Positions 1-9,001 of a stretch of 64,000 nucleotides of DNA are shown here, piece after piece (positions within the stretch are counted from its first letter, which is position 1; the number at the start of each line of letters is the position of its first letter). Position numbers and translations under genes: made by a program. The notes below the pieces were generated by a model, which did not search any database, had not been told where the DNA came from, and saw only the letters and a list, made by a program, of their open reading frames with translations. Origin of the DNA: Alphaproteobacteria bacterium (GTDB lineage: Bacteria; Pseudomonadota; Alphaproteobacteria; MPNO01; UBA830); assembly GCA_965243135.1 (NCBI GenBank), contig OZ251539.1, positions 1,568,001 through 1,632,000 of the forward strand. The letters are read 5' to 3'.

Positions 1-752
1 TAGTACCGACGGCGGATTTCGTCGCGGTCCAGACCCTCGAGTTCCGCCGCGAAAACGGCGTCGAGTTCCTGTTCCGTGAACCCGCAGCAGCCCGATTGGC
101 GCCAATCAATGGAAACGTCGATGGAGTTGTTGAAGCCGGAGAATATGCCGGGCCTCGGGAACGCGGTCGGGCCGGCGAAAAGGACGGTCTCGAAGTCCCC
201 GTCGTCGGATTTCGTAACTCCGTACACCGACACCAGCAGGTCGCGATTGATCGCCGCCGCCTCCGGTTCGCCGATGGCGTCCTGGATCGGCTTGGTGTGT
301 CCGTCGACGAGGAAGACCACGCGCTTGCCGGTGCTTTCGCGCATTTCGGAGATGATGCGGCTGAAGCGGAAGCACGGCTCATCGAAGTTCATTTCGATGC
401 CGAGGAGATCTTCGTAATGGATGAGCTGGAGCACCAGGTCTTCGCGCAGCCACTCCGGATCGGTGTAGTCGCCGGTGTCGAAAACCAGCCGCACGACGGG
501 ATGGCGAACCGACCAGTCCCAATGATCGTGGATATCCAGACCCCGGAACAGCGGCTCGTTGCCTTCGTACAGTTCCTTCAGCATGTCCACGAACAGGCTC
601 TTGCCGAATCCGCGCGGGCGGAACAGCATGAAATTCCATCCGCCCCGCTCCATCATCGTCCGGGCGTGCATGGTCTTGTCGACGTAATAATAACCGCCCT
701 CGCGAATTTCGCGAAAGGAGTTGACGCCGATGGGTAGCTTGAGTTTGGTCAT
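1..752 (-). CDS. AAA-ATPase-like domain protein (AAA + PD-(D/E)XK family), 3' end runs off the window
   Basis: Not in the ORF track; translated by hand from ATG at 752: MTKLKLPIGVNSFREIREGGYYYVDKT...RPRGFGKSLFVDML...WDWSVRHPVVRL...VFLVDGHTKP...CGFTEQELDAVFAAELEGLDRDEIRRRY. Clearly paralogous to 5595-7110. Confidence 0.85.
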   Translation of the reverse strand, partial: MTKLKLPIGVNSFREIREGGYYYVDKTMHARTMMERGGWNFMLFRPRGFGKSLFVDMLKELYEGNEPLFRGLDIHDHWDWSVRHPVVRLVFDTGDYTDPEWLREDLVLQLIHYEDLLGIEMNFDEPCFRFSRIISEMRESTGKRVVFLVDGHTKPIQDAIGEPEAAAINRDLLVSVYGVTKSDDGDFETVLFAGPTAFPRPGIFSGFNNSIDVSIDWRQSGCCGFTEQELDAVFAAELEGLDRDEIRRRY

Positions 753-1015
753 TCCGCCCTGCCGATGCGTGATTTTCACTTTACGATACCATCATTTGGC
801 GCTGAACGTTCGAGTGTCAAGCGAATCTTTTGCGCTGCGCGATTTTTCCCGGCCGCCTGCGGACAGGGTCGCGCCGCCCGTCCTGCCGATGTCCGGCCGC
901 GCGCGCCGCCGCGAGGCTGCCCGGCGGGAGCCGCCGCCGTGACCGGACGCGCGAACTGACTTATGGTGCGACGCGGCGCCGGCCCGGCGCCGGTAACGCG
1001 AGCCGGGAGAAGCCG

Positions 1016-2545
1016 TTGCGTTCGCCGAACATAGTTCTGATCACTTCCGACCAGCATCGCTGGGACTGTTTCGGTTTCGAGGGCCGCAGGATCAGGACGC
1101 CCTGCCTCGACCGCATAGCCGCCCGGGGCGTCCGCTTTTCGGCGGCGATCACGCCGAACCTGGTTTGCCAGCCCGCCCGCGCCTCCATTCTCACCGGCCT
1201 TCTGCCGCTCACCCACGGCGCTTACGACAACCACGTCAGTCTCGACCCGGCCGTCGCCCGGACCGGTTGGGCGCGCCGCCTCTCGGACGCGGGCTACCGT
1301 AGCCATTTCGTCGGAAAGGCCCATTTCGGGGAAGATCCGGCGGCGACGCCGTTCGGCGCGCCCGAAAGCCGGAAGGGGTCGGCCGCGTTTCCCGAGGACT
1401 GGTCCGGTCCCTACATGGGCTTCGACACGGTCGAACTCATGATTCTCGGGCACTGGCACGATCTTCTCCCCTGCGAAAAGCCGCCGCGCGGCCAGCATTT
1501 CGAGCGATGGTTCTGGACGCGCGGCGGGGAGGGCGAGGCGTGGAGGTTGTGGGCCGAGGATTTCGGACCGGCGCCGGCCGCCGCCCAGACCTGGTTCTCC
1601 AGGCTTCCCGCCCTGTGGCATTCGACCTCCTGGGTCACGGACCGAACGCTCGCCTTCCTCGATTCGCAGACCGGCGAAACCCCGTTCTGCCTGTGGACGT
1701 CCTATCCGGACCCGCATCATCCCTTCGATTGCCCCGAGCCGTGGAGCCGCCTCCATCGCGCCGAGGAGGTCGATATCTCCCGGACGCACGAGCGCGACCT
1801 CGACCGGCGCCCCTGGTGGCACCGCGAGTCGCTGGAGCGGGAGCCGCTGGGCAAGACCGAACATGCGCGCGTCTTGCGCCGGGAATACAGCCGCATAGAA
1901 CCTCAGACGGATCGCCAGCTCGCGGAGATGACCGCCAACTACTACGGCCAAATCTCGTTCATCGACGACGGCGTCGGACGGATTCTCCAGCGCCTCGACG
2001 CGTTGGGGCTGAGCGAGAACACGCTGGTGGTCTTCACGACCGACCACGGCGACCTGCTCGGAGACCACGGTCTGTACCTCAAGGGGCCGACCTCCTACGA
2101 AGGGCTGCTTCGCGTCGGGCTGATCGCCATCGGTCCGGGCATACTCGAAAACGGCGTGATCGCCGAGCCGGTTTCGACCCTCGATCTGGCCGCGACCTTC
2201 TACGACTACGCGGGCGTGGAACGGCCCGAAAACGTCCAGAGCCGGTCGCTTCGCCCGTTGATCGAGGGCGCGGGCAGTAGGGACGCGGCGTACGGCGAGT
2301 GGAACCTGCATCCCAGCCGCACCGGCGTCGAACTTCAGCTCAGGATGGTGCGGACCGCTTCCGCGAAGCTGACGCTGGACCTGATTTCGGGAGTCGGCGA
2401 ACTGTACGACCTGGCGAACGACCCCGACGAGATGGACAATCTGTACGACGACCCGGCGGGGGCGGCCCTCCGCCGCGACCTGACCGATTTGATCCGCGAG
2501 CGTCCGGGCGCCCTCCTGACGAAGTTCGCGGAGCACGAGGAATGA
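1016..2545 (+). CDS. Sulfatase (formylglycine-dependent, Cys type)
   Basis: PNIVLITSDQH start, CQPARAS (CxPxR) signature, GKAH, DPHHPF, TTDHGD motifs. Start set at TTG 1016 after GGGAGA. Confidence 0.9.
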   Translation: MRSPNIVLITSDQHRWDCFGFEGRRIRTPCLDRIAARGVRFSAAITPNLVCQPARASILTGLLPLTHGAYDNHVSLDPAVARTGWARRLSDAGYRSHFVGKAHFGEDPAATPFGAPESRKGSAAFPEDWSGPYMGFDTVELMILGHWHDLLPCEKPPRGQHFERWFWTRGGEGEAWRLWAEDFGPAPAAAQTWFSRLPALWHSTSWVTDRTLAFLDSQTGETPFCLWTSYPDPHHPFDCPEPWSRLHRAEEVDISRTHERDLDRRPWWHRESLEREPLGKTEHARVLRREYSRIEPQTDRQLAEMTANYYGQISFIDDGVGRILQRLDALGLSENTLVVFTTDHGDLLGDHGLYLKGPTSYEGLLRVGLIAIGPGILENGVIAEPVSTLDLAATFYDYAGVERPENVQSRSLRPLIEGAGSRDAAYGEWNLHPSRTGVELQLRMVRTASAKLTLDLISGVGELYDLANDPDEMDNLYDDPAGAALRRDLTDLIRERPGALLTKFAEHEE

Positions 2546-2636
2546 CCGTCCTCCGCGCGGCGGCGCCGGTCAGGCGAGGCTTGCGCTTGAGGAGTCCCCG
2601 GAAACCCGTCGGCGACTCGTTCCGGCGCCCGGCTGC

Positions 2637-4229
2637 CTACCTCTGCGGGCCGGCGGGCCGCGAGGTCTTGCGGGGGCGCGCGTAGAATACCGTCACCAGC
2701 GCTGCGAGAACGATGAAGCCGGTCGAAATCGGACTCGAAAACAGAAACCACGGATCGCCGCCGGTGGCGGAGAAGGCCTGCCGTACCGCCTGTTCCAGAT
2801 TGTTGGCGAGGATGAAGGCGATCACGAAGGGCAGCACCGAAATCTCGAACTTTCTCATCATGTAGCCGACGAATCCGAACGCGAGCGTGATGTAGACGGT
2901 TTCCATTTCCGGGCGCTGGGCGTAGAGCGCGGTCAGCGTCAGGAGCAGGACGGCGGGCAGCAGGCGCTGCTTCGGAATGCGGACCATGACGCCCATGCCG
3001 CGCATGAACGCGCCGCCGATCGTCCAGTTGAGGAAGTTGGCGAACGCCATGGTCGTGAACAGCCCGAAAGCGATCACCATTTCGGGATTGACCTGTCCCG
3101 GCGTCAGCCGGAACACGGCCGGGCCGGGATTGAAGCCGCTGATGGTTTCGGTTGCGAGGATGATGAACACGGCGGCGACGTTGCCTGGAATGCCGAGGGA
3201 GAGAACGGGTATCAGGTTGGCCCCGGAGACCGCGCTGTTCGCCGCCTCCGTTGCCGCCACGCCTTCGGGCGCGCCGCTGCCGAACGGGCGCTCGCCCTTG
3301 TGAACTTTGCGGCCGCTGGCGTAGCCCAAAGTCGCTGCGAGAGTGGAGCCGATGCCGGGCAGGGCGCCGATCATGGTGCCGATGGAGGCGGAAAGGCCGA
3401 TGAAGGGAGCGATGCGCCGGAGGTCGCCCGGCCGCAGTCGGTCGGTGCCCCTGGTTCGCGGCGCGGAAATCCCCGCCGCGGCGCGCGTTTCTCGCCACAT
3501 TTTTTCGAGCGCGTCGAACACTTCCCCGATGATCAGGACGCCCAGCACGACGCTGGTGATCGGCAGGCCGCTCGCGAGGGCGTCGATGTCCAGCGAAAGG
3601 CGCGAATGACTGTCTTCTCCCGTGCCGATGGACGCGACGAACATGCCGAGAAACGCTGAAAGCAGGCCTTTCCAGACCGAACTGCCCACGACGGCCGAAA
3701 CGAATGCGAGCGAAAGGAGAATCAACGCCGCCTTTTCCGGGAAATCGAGAAAGGACTCGACGGCGATCGCCAGAAAGGGAGCGCAGGTGAACAGGACGAT
3801 GTCGGAGAAGGTGTCTCCCGACGCCGACGAAAAATGCGCCACCCTGAGCGCCCTGCCGGGTTCTCCGTTGCGGGTCATCGGATAGCCGTCGAAGGTGGTC
3901 AATAGCGAATCGGGCGTGCCGGGGGTGTTGAACAGGATCGCCGGAACCGCGCCGCCCACGGTAGCGCCCTTCATGACGCCGATCAGAAAGCCGAGAACCG
4001 GAAGCAGCGCATCGGGGTTGAATCCGAATATAGTGATCAGGATCGGAAGCGAAATCGCCATGACGAACGGCCCGCCGAGCCCGGGCGTGGCGCCGACCAC
4101 GATCCCGCCGAGGAACCCGAGCGACACCATGACGATGGTGATGGAAATCGGAATGCCGAACGGAGCGGCGATCGGAGAGGCGGTGAACGCGGCGATCACG
4201 CCCAGCCAGATGTGATCGACGATGCCCAA
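2637..4229 (-). CDS. Tripartite tricarboxylate transporter large permease (TctA family)
   Basis: GATPGLG, AILFNTPGTP, DGYPM, GALPGIG, EAANSA, LGIPG motifs; highly hydrophobic. Confidence 0.9.
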   Translation of the reverse strand: MGIVDHIWLGVIAAFTASPIAAPFGIPISITIVMVSLGFLGGIVVGATPGLGGPFVMAISLPILITIFGFNPDALLPVLGFLIGVMKGATVGGAVPAILFNTPGTPDSLLTTFDGYPMTRNGEPGRALRVAHFSSASGDTFSDIVLFTCAPFLAIAVESFLDFPEKAALILLSLAFVSAVVGSSVWKGLLSAFLGMFVASIGTGEDSHSRLSLDIDALASGLPITSVVLGVLIIGEVFDALEKMWRETRAAAGISAPRTRGTDRLRPGDLRRIAPFIGLSASIGTMIGALPGIGSTLAATLGYASGRKVHKGERPFGSGAPEGVAATEAANSAVSGANLIPVLSLGIPGNVAAVFIILATETISGFNPGPAVFRLTPGQVNPEMVIAFGLFTTMAFANFLNWTIGGAFMRGMGVMVRIPKQRLLPAVLLLTLTALYAQRPEMETVYITLAFGFVGYMMRKFEISVLPFVIAFILANNLEQAVRQAFSATGGDPWFLFSSPISTGFIVLAALVTVFYARPRKTSRPAGPQR

Positions 4230-4799
4230 TTATTGATCTCCGTTGGGCGGCAGGAGCAAATCGTCGAACGGCAGGTCGTACAGAAACGTCAGCGCGACAA
4301 CCGTCCCGACCGCCGTCGCCGCGGCGGTCTTCGAGAACTTCCGTTCGACGACGGCGACCGCGCCGCCCACCATGACCGATCCGCCGACAAGGTAGCCGAG
4401 ATACTTCCATGGAGCTGTGTCGCGAAGCTGCCTGTAACTGCCGACATCGCCGCCCAGCGCGTTGACGGCGTCGACGGCAAGCGGGCCGGTATGGACCATC
4501 AGGACAAGGCCGGCGCAAACGGCGACGCCCATTTGAGCGACGAACGCGGCGGCGCCTCGGTCGAGAGCCGTCGACTTCGCGCGCGGCCGCAGGAACTCCA
4601 GGCAACCGAGCAGGACTGCGGAGACGAGCATGCCGACGGCTGCCGCGGTGGGCGCCATGGCGTCGCCGATGATCGTTCGGCGGCGGTGGGTCTCGACGAT
4701 TCCGCTTTCGATGTCGGCCGGAATCCACGCTCCGAGCGCCGCCAGGGAGAGCAGGGCGAAGATCCCCGCAAGCCCGAACGTCCAGGGATCACCGCGCAC
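4230..4799 (-). CDS. TctB-like small membrane subunit
   Basis: About 4-5 hydrophobic segments, directly upstream of and abutting the tctA-like gene. Confidence 0.6.
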   Translation of the reverse strand: MRGDPWTFGLAGIFALLSLAALGAWIPADIESGIVETHRRRTIIGDAMAPTAAAVGMLVSAVLLGCLEFLRPRAKSTALDRGAAAFVAQMGVAVCAGLVLMVHTGPLAVDAVNALGGDVGSYRQLRDTAPWKYLGYLVGGSVMVGGAVAVVERKFSKTAAATAVGTVVALTFLYDLPFDDLLLPPNGDQ

Positions 4800-5559
4800 G
4801 CGGCCGCTTCCCGTGCGGGCGAACCGGCCGACGGCGAAATCCGCGCGCTTCCGGGTCGTGGAAGCTTTTGTCCGACCCCGGGGAGCCTGGTCTGCCTGCG
4901 GCCGGTTTCCGGTCTTTCCCGCCGCGAATCATGCGCGAAGCAGGACTTCCGCGGTTCGGTCGCCGTTCCGCTCCGCGTTCGCGGCGCGATGAGGATTTTC
5001 TGCGGCGGTAGCGCGTCCATCGACAGGCGCCGCGCGGCAACCCTCGGCGTGGGAGGCAAGGGTTTTCCCGGTAAAGAGGGCCGCCCGGAGCGGGACGCGG
5101 TCTCTCCCTCCGGGACGCCGGCTCCGCGAGCGTTCCACGTTCCGCAGCAAGAGGCCGCGCGCCGGAAACAGTTTCCGCGATGGCGCCGCCGAATTCCAAC
5201 GCCTGCCTCCTTGTCCTGTTTCGGTCCGAAGATAGTTGCCTGCTTCTCCGACAAACCCCGAAGAGGACGAACGACGACTTCGGCGCAGCGTAGGGATGGG
5301 GTGCACGCGAGTCAACGTGGCGGGCGCTTTCCGGGAGGAAGATCTTGGCCGCCCTTGACGTCTCGAAACGGCTTTCAGGGCGCAATGCGTCGCTGAAAAC
5401 CGTCTTCTTCCGGCGAGCGCGAACGTCGGCAGCCGCTGTCGTCCTGGCGGCAACGGCGCCTTGGCGAACACGCCAGCCTTCCTGCGGTCGGGCGGAGCGA
5501 ACGGCGGGAGGCGACCGCGTGGCGGCCGACAAAGGATGGCACGGCGTAAACGTTTCCTT

Positions 5560-5588
5560 TTGACAACTCCGGTACGGTGGCCTACTCT
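5560..5588 (+). promoter_or_regulatory. Sigma70-type promoter, probably driving a leaderless transcript
   Basis: TTGACA (5560-5565), 17-nt spacer, TACTCT (5583-5588), then 6 nt to the ATG at 5595; no SD sequence. Confidence 0.6.
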
Positions 5589-5594
5589 GCCCGA

Positions 5595-7110
5595 ATGGCG
5601 AGACGCATGCTTCCGACCGGTTTTTCCTCTCTCCGGGAGATCCGGAGGATGGACTGCTACTACGTCGACAAGACGGACCATGTGCGCCGCCTCGTCGAAG
5701 GGGGCGATTACTATTTCCTGTCGCGCCCGCGCCGGTTCGGCAAGACCCTGCTGGTGGACACGCTGCAGGAGTTGTTCGAGGGGAGCGAGGAGCTGTTCCG
5801 GGGCCTCGCCGTGCACGGCAAGTGGGACTGGTCGACGCGCCATCCCGTCGTGCGGATCAGCTTCGGCGGGGGCAATTTCGACTCTCCGGACCTCGTTCGG
5901 GGAAACGTGGAAGACCAGTTGGAGGAGACGGAACGGCTGGCCGGCCTCGAACCGGGCCCCGCCGGGGCGGCGGTCCGTTTCCGGCACCTGATAAGGACGC
6001 TGCACGAGCGCACCGGGCAGCGGGCGGTCGTTCTGGTGGACGAACAAGCCGATCCTGGACGCGCTCGGCGACCGGGAGCTTGCGCGGGCCAACCGCGACT
6101 TCCTGCGCAGCCTGTACGGGGTGATCAAGGCTTGCGACGAACAGCTCCGTTTCGTTTTCCTGACGGGAGTGAGCAAGTTCTCGCGGGCGGGCCTGTTCTC
6201 GGGCCTGAACAACCTGCGCGACATCACCCTAGATCCGCGTTTCGGTACCCTTTGCGGTTACACGGACGAAGAACTGGATGCGGTCTTCGCCCCGGAACTC
6301 GAGGGCCTGGACCGGGGCGAGGTCCGCCGCTGGTACAACGGCTACAACTGGCGCGGGCCGGAGAAGGTCTACAACCCGTTCGACATCCTCCTTCTCTTCG
6401 AAACGCGCGAGTTCGAAGCGCACTGGTTCCGGACCGGCACGCCGACCTTCCTCGCCGACCTTCTGTCGCGGCGACGGTTCGCGCCGCCGGCCCTCGAGGA
6501 CCTGGTTGCGGACGACGATCTGCTGTCGGCCGTCGACCGCATTCCCGTCGAGGCGCTTCTGTTTCAGACCGGCTACCTGACCATCGTCGGCGAGGAGCGG
6601 GACGAGGACACGCGCCTCTACCAGCTGGACTACCCGAACCGGGAGGTGAAGCGCAGCCTGAACGCGCTTCTGCTGCAGACAATGGCGCCGGGCGTCACGG
6701 TCGCGGCGGAGAGCCGGGAACTGCGCCGCCTGATGCGCGCGAACGACTTCGCGGGCCTCGAGAATCTGTTCCGGGCGTTCCTGGCGAGCATTCCGAACGA
6801 GTGGTACGCGAACACGGGCATGGCGGGGGCGCACTACGCGAGCGTGTTCTACTCGCACTTCGTGGCGGCGGGGATGGACGTCCGCGCCGAGGAAAGCACC
6901 GCGCGCGGCCGCTCGGACCTGACGGTCCTGTACGACGGCGGCGTCTACCTGTTCGAGTTCAAGGTCGCGGACGGGAAGCCGGAAGGGCGTGCGCTGGCGC
7001 AGATTCGGGAGCGCGGCTACGCGGACAAGTACCGGCGTCCGGGCGTGCCGGTCCACCTGATCGAATTCGGCCGGGAGGAGCGCAACATCGTCGGGTTCGA
7101 GACCGTCTGA
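5595..7110 (+). pseudogene. Frameshifted AAA-ATPase-like / PD-(D/E)XK nuclease gene
   Basis: N-terminal half has YYVDKT and SRPRRFGKT and reads VLVDE, then shifts frame at about 6045 (GACGAACAAGCCG where GACGAATACGACAAGCCG, DEYDKP, is expected). C-terminal half has FLTGVSKF, NPFD, LLFQTGYLTI, YPNREV, GRSDL..FEFK..ALAQI..GYADKY. Confidence 0.85.
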
Positions 7111-7260
7111 AGCCGGGCACCGAACGGGTTGGACTTCCCGTCCGGACATTTCGGCAAGCGGGGCCGCCTCTGCGAACGGCCGACGCCTACGTCGCGGGTC
7201 GACAGGCGCGTTCGGCGACAGGCGCGTCAAGCCTTCCGCGACGGAGCGCAAGCGCTTCCA

Positions 7261-7335
7261 CAGGCTGTTGAAAACTGGAGGCCGGACGCTTAAACTCCGG
7301 GCGTTCGCCCGGACGGCTCAATTTTCAACGGTCTG
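7261..7335. mobile_element. 75-bp MITE-like element
   Basis: Terminal inverted repeats CAGGCTGTTGAAAA (7261-7274) and TTTTCAACGGTCTG (7322-7335), 12/14 match; flanked by CCA on both sides; internal hairpin TCCGGGCG-TT-CGCCCGGA. Confidence 0.6.
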
Positions 7336-7337
7336 CC

Positions 7338-8999
7338 ATGAATGCACCCGCGACCGCGGCGAGAGCCGGGGCTAACGTTCCCGTACCCGACCTGCAGGCG
7401 CATATCTCGGCTCTGGACGAAGCCGGGCTGCTGCAGCGGATCGACCGGCCGGTGAACAAGGATGCCGAACTCCATCCTCTCGTGCGTTGGCAGTATCGCG
7501 GCGGAATACCCGAGCCGCGGCGCAAGGCGTTTCTCTTCACGGACGTGCGCGACGGGCGCGGGCGCCGCTACGAAATGCCCGTCGTCGTGGGCGCGCTGGC
7601 CGCGAACCGCGAGATCTATCGCATCGGCATGGGCGTGCCGCTGGACCGGATCGGACGGCGATGGGCCCAGGCGATCGACGCCCCCGTGCCGCCCGTCGAG
7701 GTCGCGGACGCCCCGTGCCATCAGGTCGTGACGACCGGCGCCGAACTGATCGGAGAGGGCAGGGGGCTCGACGCGCTCCCCGTTCCCGTATCGACGCCCG
7801 GCTTCGACAGCGCGCCCTACGTCACCGCCGGGATGTTCGTGACCCGCGACCCCGACACGGGAACGCAAAACCTCGGCACCTATCGCGGCGGCCTCAAGGC
7901 GTCCAATCGGCTTGCAGTGCGCATGTCGGCGCGCGAAGGCGGCGCCGGCGGCTACCTGCATTGGGAAAAATACCGCGCCCGCGGCGAGAGAATGCCCTGC
8001 GCGGTCGTGATCGGTTGCCCGCCGGCGGTCGCCTATACCGGCCCGCAGAAAATCCGGCGCGACGTGGACGAGCTGACCGTGGCGGGCGGCCTCGCCGGGG
8101 CGCCGATACCGGTCGTCCGCTGCCGGACGGTCGATCTCCTCGTCCCGGCCGACTCGGAAATCGTCGTGGAAGGCACCATCGACACGGAGTACCTCGAACC
8201 CGAAGCGCCGTTCGGCGAGTCGCACGGGCATATCGCGCTCGAAGATTTCAACATGATCTTCGAGGTCACTGCGATCGCCCGCAAGCGGAACGCCGTCTTC
8301 TGTTCGATCATCAGCCAGGTCACTCCTTCGGAATCCAGCGTCATCAAGCGCGTCGCCTACGAGCCGATGTTTCTCGCGCATATCCGCGACCATCTCGGCG
8401 TCAAGGGAATAAAACGGGTGTTCATGCACGAGCCGCTGACCAATCTCCGCCGCGTCGTCTTCCTGCAGATGAGCCCGGGAACGCCGCGCACGGAGATCTG
8501 GCGGGCGCTGTATGGAGCCGCCAGCCTGCGCGCCGATTGCGGCAAGTACGTCGTCGCCGTCAACGAGGACATCGATCCCGACAACGGCGACGCCGTGTTC
8601 TGGTCTCTCGCCTATCGCGCCGACCCGCAGAACGACGTCGCGATCCTGCCTCACCGCGATTCGGGGCATGGCCCCAAGGACAGGGACGGCCGCCGGCCCG
8701 GGGAGTCGACGCTCTTGGTCGACGCCACCCTCAAGAAAGAGATGCCGCCTCTGGCGTTGCCGAAGCGCGAGTACATGGTAAGGGCGAAGGAGATCTGGGA
8801 GGAGCTGGAATTGCCGCCGCTCCGCCCCGAAGTGCCCTGGCACGGATACTCGCTCGGCGACTGGACCGGGGAATGGGACGAACTCGCCGCGCGGGCGGCG
8901 CAAGGCGGCTATGCCGAAAACGGCGAGCGCAGCGCGCAGCGCAGGCGCTCGGGAATACGGCCGAACACTCACGTCAGGAACGCACGGGAAAGGGACTGA
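7338..8999 (+). CDS. UbiD-family prFMN-dependent (de)carboxylase, copy 1
   Basis: NLGTYR, VPADSEIVVEG, EAPFGESHG, VNEDIDP..VFWSLAYR, DAT motifs. Confidence 0.92.
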   Translation: MNAPATAARAGANVPVPDLQAHISALDEAGLLQRIDRPVNKDAELHPLVRWQYRGGIPEPRRKAFLFTDVRDGRGRRYEMPVVVGALAANREIYRIGMGVPLDRIGRRWAQAIDAPVPPVEVADAPCHQVVTTGAELIGEGRGLDALPVPVSTPGFDSAPYVTAGMFVTRDPDTGTQNLGTYRGGLKASNRLAVRMSAREGGAGGYLHWEKYRARGERMPCAVVIGCPPAVAYTGPQKIRRDVDELTVAGGLAGAPIPVVRCRTVDLLVPADSEIVVEGTIDTEYLEPEAPFGESHGHIALEDFNMIFEVTAIARKRNAVFCSIISQVTPSESSVIKRVAYEPMFLAHIRDHLGVKGIKRVFMHEPLTNLRRVVFLQMSPGTPRTEIWRALYGAASLRADCGKYVVAVNEDIDPDNGDAVFWSLAYRADPQNDVAILPHRDSGHGPKDRDGRRPGESTLLVDATLKKEMPPLALPKREYMVRAKEIWEELELPPLRPEVPWHGYSLGDWTGEWDELAARAAQGGYAENGERSAQRRRSGIRPNTHVRNARERD

Positions 9000-9001
9000 G
9001 C

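Noticed and set aside
4954-4968. GTTC-N7-GTTC, the alphaproteobacterial LexA-box pattern
   Set aside because: About 600 nt from the AAA gene promoter and not at a DNA-repair gene; a short motif that is plausible by chance in 64 kb.
6030-6060. Programmed frameshift in the AAA-nuclease gene
   Set aside because: No slippery run, and conserved Walker B residues are physically missing, so a deletion explains it better.
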